DNA of 64,000 bases, from the NCBI GenBank assembly GCA_951406725.2, contig OX597840.1:23622001-23686000 (forward strand). Direction: 5' to 3'. Within the stretch, counting starts at the first letter, position 1; each line of letters starts with the position of its first letter. A model generated the notes under the pieces. That model was not told the origin of the DNA and did not search any database. It worked only from the letters and a program-made list of their open reading frames with translations. Position numbers and translations under genes: made by a program. The stretch is from Octopus vulgaris (Eukaryota). Positions 54,601-64,000 of the stretch are shown piece after piece.

Positions 54601-55453
54601 CTTCTATTTCGTCAAAGGCTTTGAGTAATAGGTCTGTGTGAAGAAAATTTAAAATTAAAAAAATATAAACTGTTTAGAGAAACTGCTGAACAAATAATTT
54701 CCATTTTGTGAGACCATTTCCAAAAGACCACCCATTTTTCAATGAAATTTAACAGAAATCCACCCTTTTCCATGTTGTAGCAAACAATTATGTCTGGATT
54801 GTCAGAAAGAAAGTGAAAAAGTGAGTGTTGTGGGAGGAGGGGTATTGATCTGCAACTCATCAAAGTTATTTATTTTATTACCATAATCATCATCTACATA
54901 CAAGGAAATGAGCAACTTTCGAAAGAGTCCCCCCGCCACCACCATTTTCTCCTAAATTTGTTTATTTAAAAAAATTTTTTGCCGGAAAATTGCCAAAAAT
55001 CAGCAGTGGAATTTCCACCCCCTCCCAAATTCTTCAACTCTGACGTTTTTTCCCCAACACTAACCCTAACCCTAACTATGGAAATGTTTTGAAATTTTTG
55101 ACCGAATCATCATCTCCGTATTTTTCCGCATATTCTGAAAAAAAAAATTGTGAAAAAAGTAAAGAATGAAGGAAATAGAGATGGGGGGGTAATTTAAAAA
55201 TGCCGATTTTTGCCAATTTTTATGCAGATTCATATTTCCCTTAACCGAAAAGCGGGATTTGTGTCAGGGGGTGGTTTTTTTGTGGGGTACAAAAGGAAGT
55301 CTTGCAGCAACTTTTATTTAAAAAAATATGAATCATCAGTTATGAGGAAACAAAATTTGGGGCACTAAACTGTATGTATATATCATATACATATAACACA
55401 CAAATACATATATATACATATCTATATACACAAATATAAATGCATTCGCTAAC

Positions 55454-55610
55454 CTGCAAAATGTTATTTCCTTTGCTACTTAACAGGACTTTGACTACAT
55501 CTTCATAGTTCTTCCTCACAGCCCGATGTAGAGGTGTGTTGCCCCATGAGTTCTGCTTATTAACATTTGCTCCCCTGGAGACTAAGAAGGCCACAGCATC
55601 AATTTTACGG
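55454..55610 (-). CDS. Ankyrin exon (S)RKIDAVAFLVSRGANVNKQNSWGNTPLHRAVRKNYEDVVKVLLSSKGNNILQ
   Basis: Acceptor ttcttcctttcag|, donor CAG|gttagc; 157 nt, phase 2 to 0; GANVN and GNTPLH motifs. Confidence 0.9.
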
Positions 55611-55769
55611 CTGAAAGGAAGAAAAAAACATAAAACATCACAGACATTCACTTAACAATTACATTAAATATACACTCATGTTCAATTAAACGCATAAAAA
55701 CCAATATATATTACAGCTGCGTGTGTATATATATATATATATATATATGTCTGTGTGCGTGCATGCCTG

Positions 55770-56489
55770 TATAGACATAACTACACAAGTGTGCTCCCCC
55801 GACGAATTTGTTTCCCTGTAACTTCTAGGAAAAATGGATATTTTTTCATGAAATTTCTTTCAAAAATATGCTTCAGAAGGCGAAGATTCCATTTATATTG
55901 GAATTTATTGTGAGAAAAAATTTTTAGTGGGTGCAGAGAGAAATTTGGTAAAGTTCACCCGAGTCAGCTTTCTTTCCCAAAAAATAAATATTTTCTAATG
56001 AAATTTTCAATAAAACAGTTTCAGATGGTGAAGATTCCACTTACATTGGAATTTAATATGAAGAAAATTTTAAAAACTTGGTGGATTCGCAGAGATATAC
56101 ACTGATACACATCACAAACTGAAAAGATGAACTTTGGAAAAATAACCGTGATGTGTCTCAGTATATATGTTTGTGTATCCACCAAATATTTAACGTTTGT
56201 TCATGTTAAATGCCAATATAATCTTAATCTAATCCATTTGAAAGGGATTTGTAGAAATTTTCACACAAACAAAATATCCATTTTTCTGAAAGTTTCTATA
56301 AGGATTTAAGTCAACTTCTCAACGTTTGAAAATTTGTTTTCACAACAAATTCCAATATAATTGGAATCTTCATCATCTGAAGCATTTTTGTCATAGAAAT
56401 TTCATTAAAAGATATCCATCTGTCTAAAAGTTATAAGGTTATAAGGAAACAAATTCGTCGGGGGTCCCAGTTGTGTAAGTATGTCTATA
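55770..56489. mobile_element. Fold-back/MITE DNA element with long imperfect TIRs
   Basis: atagacata..cccccgacgaatttgtttcc is mirrored by ggaaacaaattcgtcggggg..tatgtctat; the inverted similarity extends inward over more than 100 bp. Confidence 0.8.
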
Positions 56490-56499
56490 TATATATCAT

Positions 56500-57960
56500 C
56501 ATCATCATCATCATCATCATTTAACGTCCGCTTTCCATGCTAGCATGGGTTGGACGGTTCAACTGGGGTCTGGGGAGCCCGAAGGCTGCACCAGGCCAGT
56601 CAGATCTGGCAGTGTTTCTACAGCTGGATGCCCTTCCTAACGCCAACCACTCCGAGAGTGCAGTGGGTGATTTTATGTGCCACCGACACAGGTGCCAGAC
56701 GAGGCTGGCGAACGGCCACGCTCGGATGGTGTTTTTATGTGCCACCGACACAGGTGCCAGACGAAGCTGGCGAACGGCCACGCTCGGATGGTGTTTTTAT
56801 GTGCCACCGACACAGGTGCCAGACAAGGCTGGCAGACGACCACGCTCGGATGGTGTTTTTATGTGCCACCGACACAGGTGCCAGACGAGGCTGGCAAACG
56901 GCCACGCTCGGATGGTGTTTTTATGTGCCACCGATACAGGTGCCAGACAAGGCTAGCAGACGACCACGCTCGGATGGTGTTTTTTTTTTATTTATGTGCC
57001 ACCGACACAGGTGCCAGATTAGGCTGGCGATCGGCCACGATTGGATGGTGATTGTTACGTGCCCACAGCATGGAGGCCAGTCGGTGCGGTACTGGCTACG
57101 GCCACGTTCGGATGGTTTTCTCGGCACTGGTACCACAAGATACAAATTCCATTGATGTTCATCTATTTTAATTTTGTTTGATTTTCACTTGCCTCAACAG
57201 GTCTTCACAAGTGTCACAAGAAGGAAGGTATGCACAGGTGGACTGACTACGTCCCAGGTAGGGGCCACGGGTTATGGCCTGACTAGTCTTGCCGGGTCTT
57301 CTCACGCACAGCATACTTCCATAGGTCTCGGTCTCTAGTCATTTCCTTGGTGAGACCTAAAGTTCGTAGGTCGTGCTTCACCACTTCGTCCCAGATTTTC
57401 CTGGGTCTACCTCTTCCACAGGTTCCCTCAACTGCTAGGGTGTAGCACTTTTGCACACAACTATCTTCAGCCATTCTCGTCATATGACCATACCAGCGCA
57501 GCCGTCTCTCTTGCACACCACAACTGACGCTTCTTAGGTTCAACTTTTCTCTCAAGGTACTTACACTCTGACGATTATGAACACTGACATTACACATCCA
57601 TCGGAGCATACTGGCTTCATTTCTTGCGAGCTTACGCATATCCTCAGCAGTCACGGCCCATGTTTCACTACCATGTAGCATGGCTGTACGTACACATGCA
57701 TCATAAAGTCTGCCTTTTACTCTGAGCGAGAGGCCTTTTGTCACCAGCAGGGGTAAGAGCTCTCTAAACTTTGCCCAGGCTATTCTTACTCTAGCAGTTA
57801 CACTTTCAGCACACCCACCCCCACTACTGACTTGGTCTCCTAGGTAGCGGAAGCTATCAACTACTTCTAGTTTGTCTCCCTGGAACGTGGTAGCAGTTGG
57901 TCTCTGCATATTTCCAGTGTTTATTTCTCCTGAGCATCTGCCACATACGAAAACTATGTC
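56500..57960 (-). mobile_element. RTE-clade LINE 3' end with a 61-bp tandem repeat (about 6 copies, 56670-57060) in its 3' UTR and a (GAT)n tail
   Basis: 243-aa ORF with LEVVDSFRYLG and RRLRWYGH, GRGRPRKIW; tandem unit tttatgtgccaccgacacaggtgccagacgaggctggc; tail at 56497-56520. Confidence 0.9.
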
Positions 57961-58019
57961 TATATATATATATTTGTAAAAAATGAAGTTTGAAAATGCT
58001 GCTATATTAGACAAATTTT

Positions 58020-59359
58020 TGATTTTTATATATACATTATTTATTTAACATGTTTCGGTTCTTGAAATGACGAACCTTATCAAAAAAAATTTATATATAA
58101 AAAAGATAGTTCATGCTATCAAATATAAAAAATTCATATATAATAAAAAATTCATATATAGTGGAGCGAGTCCATGCTATATGTTTAAAGAGTATGCAGT
58201 AGTAGTTCATAGTGGTGATATGCATTCAATATAAAAAATTCATGTTCTTGAAAAAGCGAGGAATTCATTTTAGGTTTTACCTTGTGTTCCAATGGGAGCA
58301 ACTGTGATGACTGTTGGTTGGTGTCTGTTCGAATAGTTCTGGTGAATCTTGTGAAATGTTTGGGTTTTATATCACCTGTTAGGTGGCTAGTCCAGCGGAA
58401 CGGGACGTCATCAAAGTTTTGACCAATCGTCTCATTAGGTGGCTAGTCCAGCAGAACGGGACGTCATCAATGTTTAGACCAATCAGAATCGGGTCTGACC
58501 CTTAGCTGTATCGTATGTGGAAACCGACCAAGCAGGGTGACAATAGATTGTCCACTGAGGTAATACATCAGTGGACAATCTATTCTCACAAAGGCAAAAT
58601 TGTCTTCTAAAATTACGGATGCAAAAGTAAAAAAATGTGGTAGATCGAACTGTGCAACATGTCCTAACCTATTGGAAGGATCTGAATTCTTCTTTAAAGA
58701 GGGACAGAAATTCAAGATCAAATCTAACTTTACTTGTGCCTCTGAAAACATAATTTATGTCATTAAATGCTCGGGCTGCCACCAAGACTACGTGGGTTCC
58801 ACGGGACTATCACTCAGGCGTAGATGCACACTGCATCGACAACAGATTGCATTCCCAGAATATAGAATGATACCTTTTAGTGAGCACATTGAGAAATGCG
58901 CAAAGCAACTACTGCCACAATTTTTAATCTTCCCATTTTACCAATGTGCTTTCGGATCATCAACACAAATGAGACTGAACAAGGAAACATTCTTCATTGA
59001 AAAGTACAAACCCAGACTCAACCATCCGAACATACTGACACAGAGAAATTAACAAGGGAAAGGAAAAAAATTTTTAAGCGATTATCTCCCTTACACCGGA
59101 AGAAATCACTCACTACCTCCCCTTATTTAGAAATCTCCTGAAAATAAACACAACGATAACTCCATGCAATATAAACATAACGTCACAAGAAATTTGAAAA
59201 GCTACACGCGAAACTGGTAATTTCTTTAAAAATTTTAAAATTATGTCATTTTAAGGAAAGGAAAAAGAATTTTTCCAATATTCTCCAGACATTTTGACAC
59301 AAATATATATATTTTTTAACATTTAAGCCTTCTGTCGTTTTTTCACACTTTACTATTTT

Positions 59360-59360
<1 letters not shown>
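58020..59360 (+). mobile_element. Penelope-like element remnant: GIY-YIG endonuclease ORF (58600-59052) preceded by a probable inverted segment
   Basis: CGRSNCATC, NIIYVIKCSGCHQDYVGST, RRRCTLH, EH and E..FI..YKPRLN, the typical Penelope GIY-YIG layout; 17-bp inverted repeat at 58542-58584 marks a strand-switch junction. Confidence 0.85.
58041..58090 (-). ncRNA. Hammerhead-like motif with a U3-A8 core variant in the Penelope terminal region
   Basis: Minus strand: TTGATAA GGTTC-loop-GAACC GAAA CATGTTA; weak stem I. Confidence 0.45.
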
Positions 59361-59413
<53 letters not shown>

Positions 59414-59495
59414 TATATATACCACCGGTTCATATCGCTAGTTGAAATGTCAAAGTCAATAATCTTATATAGGTCTATATGTGTATGTATATATA

Positions 59496-59534
<39 letters not shown>

Positions 59535-61943
59535 ATATGTATGTATGTATATGTATATATATATATGTATGTATATAGAGAGACAGACAGACAGAGAAAT
59601 GTGAGCCACTGAAATACGTATAATTGTTAATACACAGTAAACAAATATGTACATGTGTGTGTATACACATATTAATAGGTGAGGGTATAAAGTATAAATA
59701 TTTTTATCCCAGCGAGTGTACAATACAAAACAAGGATTAAGTACCGTTGTTAGTATCTACATATTTGGTATACATTGAAAAATATATTGTAATCCTTTTG
59801 CGAAAGATGGAATGTCTGAAAATTATAGACAAACTAACTGATAGCAGATTTCTCATCAATCTAAAAAAAAAAAAACATCAGCAGCACGTCGTAATTGGCG
59901 GCAAAACTACATCTGCAAATGTAATGTTGTCATAGCAACAGACTATGCAAGAGAAAGTTTGTTGTTAAGGGCAACGAGGCATATTTTTACCGCCAAAAGA
60001 AACAGTGACCAACAAGGAAGTATGGCGGTCATATAACACACATAAATGAATTTATAAACACACCCATATTTATTATATATGTGTGTGTGTACATATATAT
60101 ATATATGTGTGTGTGTATATATATATATATATCTATGTGTGTGTGTGTGTGTGTATAAGCTAAACTTCAGTGTTTGACTTGAGCAAAAAAAATTGTGCAA
60201 TAGGTGTAAAATAAAATGTAGTAAACGAATATGTAAAAAAAAAATACGCATTGGTGAACGAGGGGTGGTGGAGACGACTCGGAAAATTCACATGATCAAT
60301 CTCACAGGGTCCGAAAACTCAACGTTAACATCGTTTACTACATGTTGTTTTACACCTATTACACTTCTTGTTTTCATTTTTAGGACCGGTTGTCGAGTGG
60401 GGTTACCGGATCGTGTGAATCATCCGAGTCCGCACCACACCCACCCACACCATCACAAAAATTGAACAAAAGTAGAGTACCGGGTGTAAAATAATGTGTA
60501 AAAAATGAAAATAAAGAACAAAAAATTCGCCGACGAATGGGGAAGTGGTGAGATTTGAATTTTCCGAGTCGTCTCCCCACCTCCTGTTCGCCATATTTTT
60601 TTTCCATAGGCGCAGGAGTGGCTGTGTGGTAAGTAGCTTGCTTACCAGCCACATGGTTCCGGGTTTAGTCCCACTGCGTGGCACCTTGGGCAAGTGTCTT
60701 CTACTATAGCCTCGGGCCGACCAAAGCCTTATGAGTGGATTTGGTAGACGGAAACTGAAAGAAACTCGTCGTATATATGTATATATATATATGTGTGTGC
60801 GTGTGTGTTTGTGTGTCTGTGTTTGTCCCCCTTGCATTACTTGACAACCGATGCTGGTGTGTTTATGTCCCCGTCACTTAGCGGTTCGGCAAAAGAGACT
60901 GATAGAATAAGTACTGGGCTTACAAAGAATAAGTCCCGGGGTCGAGTTGCTCGATTAAAGGCGGTGCTCCAGCATGGCTGCAATCAAATGACTGAAACAA
61001 GTAAAAGAGTAAGAGTATTCGTTTACTACATGTTGTTTCACACCTATTGCACTATTTTTTCCTTTTTTCTTTGCTTGGGCCAAACAAGATTTTAACCTAG
61101 TGTTTCCCTCCTCTGTCTTCTTCATCTGAAGGAGCCATGTCCCTCTTCTAATGCAAGACACCTTTCTCTCCAGCAATATTAGCTCCCCCACCTCACCACC
61201 TCAACCAGTCGAGAGGTCTTTGTCTCGCAATTAATTGGTGACCTCACTGGTTCTGATGGCATGTAAAAGGCATCCAGTACACTCTGCAAAGTGGTTGGTG
61301 TTAGGAAGGTCCTCCAGCCATAGAAACCAAACCAAAGCAGACAGTAGTGTTTGGTGTGGTCTTCTGACTTGTCTGTTCCTATCAAACCCTCCTACCCATG
61401 CCAGCATGGAAAAGGAACATTCGATGACGATGATGGTGTGTGTGTGTTTGTGTGTTTGTGCAAAATTCTGGAACAATTTGTGACTGCAGAACCTATAGAA
61501 ACTAACAAGAACTTCAAAACATGTTTTATTGTCCAGAGATGACCTTATGAAGCACAATTCAAAATATAATAGATCTCAAAATGTGTTGAGTTGCTGATGG
61601 AGATGAGAAATAATTTCTGTAAGAAATTTACAGATTATTTACTGCCAAAACAAGCTTGAGAATCTTTCTTGTTGCTTTAGATCTCAAATAACATTTTCTT
61701 TGGAGAAAAATTGATCGATCTCTCCATAATCAATATGAAGAGAAGACACTGAATCACACTGGGTCAATCTTAAGAACTTTTGGATCTCAAAGAATATCTC
61801 CAAAACAAAAATAATCTGTTTTGACAACAAATAACGAAAAAGATTTTGGTGATTCAATGAAGATGATTCATGGAGAAAATGAGAAAAAGATGTTATTTCA
61901 AAACAAAAGCAGATCTGAAGATTTTAGTTAATTCAAGCCTTAC

Positions 61944-62095
61944 CTATACACAGCATAATGTAATGCTGTCAGACCTTCTTTGTCACTCATGTCCATATTG
62001 GCTCCAGATTCTATCAAGAAGGCTATTAGACTTGTGCTGCCCTGTTCACAAGCTGCCATTAAGAAAGTTTTACTGTCAGAATCTATTTGGTTAAC
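61944..62095 (-). CDS. Ankyrin exon VNQIDSDSKTFLMAACEQGSTSLIAFLIESGANMDMSDKEGLTALHYAVY
   Basis: Acceptor tctttcttttcttcag|, donor AG|gtaagg; 152 nt, phase 0 to 2; GxTALHYA ankyrin motif; not in ORF track. Confidence 0.9.
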
Positions 62096-63359
62096 CTGAA
62101 GAAAAGAAAGAGAAGATATATAAAATATATCAAAGGAGAGAGATTTTAGTTCAGTATTCCCTGGTAAAGCTCATGAAATTCTACTCTGTGTTATCACTGA
62201 TGTCTGGCATAGTAGCACTTTTATTTAATGCTATAATGATGAAGGAGATTTAAGAAATGGTGAGAGAAGAACAGGATGTTTGAAATGAAGCATGGATCTT
62301 CAGATGTCATATGTCTGGTGAAACAGCAACGTGGGATCTACTTGGAAAAGAATGAAAGCAAATCTACAAGAAAGGTGTAGAGCACAGGTAAATCAAGGTG
62401 TAACAGGTAAACAGGTAAATAAAGACTGTTTAGTTCATGCATAAGCTCAAGGAAAAGATTGAAAATCTATTTATGTTAGTCACTGAATCTATTACAAAGT
62501 AATTAGACATCTGTGACATCGGTGGAACGACACCAATCACAACTAAATATGAGCAACTATGGAAAAGTAGACACAAATAAAAAGAAACAATGGAGAAAAT
62601 AAGAAATATTATGAAAGTAGGGATCAGAATTTTGAGCCTAAATGCGGCAGCAGTATCAGGGCTTACATTAGTTTGTAGCCATATAATATTTAAAAAGGTG
62701 TGAGTGGTTCATACACAACTGTATTACAGCTGTACAAACAACACTATTGACTTCTCCTTGAGGAAAACACCTACCCTCACTAACTGGCAGACATTCACCC
62801 ACCATTGAAATACAATATATGATGGTCATCAAAAAATAAAAGGATGTTTTTTCTGCATTTCACCATTTGTCAGCTGTCTTCCCTCCCAAATTAAAAGCCG
62901 CATTTTCTGGTCTCTTACCTAGAGTATCTCTATAGATTTTACAGAATCATTCCACCCACCACTCCCTAACCATGATGGTTCTATACCAGTGCTTCTTAAA
63001 CGTTTCAATTATGGCCCTTTTTTATTTACTAAGAGTTTTTCAATGCCCCTTTTCTTGCTATGATTCAATATCTCTGATTTTTAATGTTCTCACAGGTCAG
63101 ATTAATTTACCTTTGGGTCCTAGTCTTGACATGGGTGACTACTTACCACAGCACCATCCCACAATAAGTGAACATTTGATGCATCACCACTTCACTTTAG
63201 TTTCTGATCCAAACTCAACTACACATTGAGTTTTATATATTTGTACCACCACAGCCGCCTTGGCTCCCTGGTCCATATAAAATTTTCCACAAACCCTACC
63301 CAAGGGTAGCACTACTCTCTTAGAGAAGCCCTGTTTTATAATTCTTGCTGATAGTGTCC

Positions 63360-63780
63360 TATCTGCTGACTACCAGCCAGTCATTCTAACTTCCAATATT
63401 TCAATTATGAAGTAAAAAGTCATAAACAACCATCATCTTTGTCCCTTTGGGTATCTTTCTCTATTCAATGAGCCCCAGTACAGTTCCATAAAGCCGGTTC
63501 AAGCAGGGGTCTGATTCCTACATGACTCCCCAGTGTTTTGGTTATGTTTGACAACTTCTGCAAAAGAAATACTGTAGCTCTTGACGTCGGTAAAACCTTT
63601 AACTGTGTATGGCAAGAGAATTTCTTGACAAAGTCATCATTTATCTATTGGGTCCATCTGTCCCCCATCTCTTGGACTGAATATTTCCTGCCAGAATACT
63701 CCATTGCAGTGTGTGAGGATGGGTTTCTCTCTCACTCACATTCCATCAATTCTGGCATGCCTCATTGTCTGGTTGAATAT
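63360..63780 (+). mobile_element. Degraded CR1/Jockey-type RT fragment
   Basis: VALDVGKTFNCVW resembles ALDISKAFDRVW; INSGMPH resembles INSGVPQ. Confidence 0.65.
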
Positions 63781-63938
63781 TTATAAAAAGTGACAATGAT
63801 GAGGATTAGAGGAAAGAGGTAAAGAAAGAAATGAAATATTATGGACAAATATACCTGGTTATTTAGGAACATTTAATATTGTGTATAAAATAATAAACAA
63901 ACATTCAACATTGAAGAAGCAATATAAAGTAAACTTAC

Positions 63939-64000
63939 TTTATCAGGATTTTCTTTGATAAGTCGTTCAACATCTTCAAAGTCTCCATTCTGAATCTTGC
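63939..64000 (-). CDS. Partial exon KIQNGDFEDVERLIKENPDK (start of ankyrin region, MIB-like)
   Basis: Open frame ending at donor GATAAA|GTAAGT, phase 0; joins the next exon in frame. Confidence 0.75.

Larger units (their letters stand above)
34322..64000 (-). other. Spliced gene (5' end beyond window): ankyrin repeats + C3HC4 RING + 7x17-aa microexon repeat + death domain; Mind-bomb (MIB)-like E3 ligase derivative
   Basis: 17 exons read by hand, all GT-AG and phase-compatible: 64000-63939, 62095-61944, 55610-55454, 51956-51091, 48837-48801, 44704-44492, 42400-42222, 41252-41110, seven 51-nt exons from 40221 to 39175, 38119-38048, 34539-34322. The frame is continuous except for one in-frame TAG at 38058-38060. 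Confidence 0.88.

Noticed and set aside
51957-55453. Additional MIB-type ankyrin exons between ...NNILQ and VTQPNNDG...
   Set aside because: The interval is filled by RTE and other repeats and I found no ankyrin-coding segment; direct phase-0 splicing fits, though a very small exon cannot be excluded.
56537-57155. Repetitive ORFs (CATDTGARRGW / MCHRHRCQTRL), also at 20074-20512
   Set aside because: Translations of a 61-bp repeat (not a multiple of 3) in the RTE 3' UTR; the frames rotate between copies.
34322-64000. Assigning the symbol MIB2
   Set aside because: The MZM/REP N-terminal domains are not visible in the window, there is one RING and an added death domain; orthology cannot be established from this sequence.

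Overview
AT-rich, repeat-dense animal DNA. It is most consistent with an octopod cephalopod, inferred from the tRNA-derived SINEs, RTE and R4/Dong LINEs, microsatellites and clustered C2H2 genes. The left half (about 7.5-25.7 kb) holds three paralogous C2H2 zinc-finger genes. Each has one non-coding exon plus one coding exon; one is intact, two are C-terminally truncated, and two lie head-to-head in an inverted duplication. The right half (34.3 kb to beyond 64 kb, minus strand) holds a large spliced gene that the ORF track shows only in fragments. I reconstructed 17 GT-AG exons with consistent intron phases, about 817 visible codons, with the 5' end outside the window. Its architecture is: Mind-bomb-like ankyrin repeats; one 866-nt exon of 8 near-identical ankyrin repeats that vary almost only at binding-surface positions; more ankyrins; a C3HC4 RING; seven tandem 51-nt symmetric microexons each encoding K-x-V-Q-[T/V] (resembling the LC8/DYNLL-binding motif); and a C-terminal death domain whose conserved Trp codon is TAG. 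The introns carry several hammerhead-ribozyme-like motifs on the sense strand, some in fold-back or Penelope-type contexts. The rest is LINE, SINE, MITE and Helitron debris, microsatellites and one 100-N gap.
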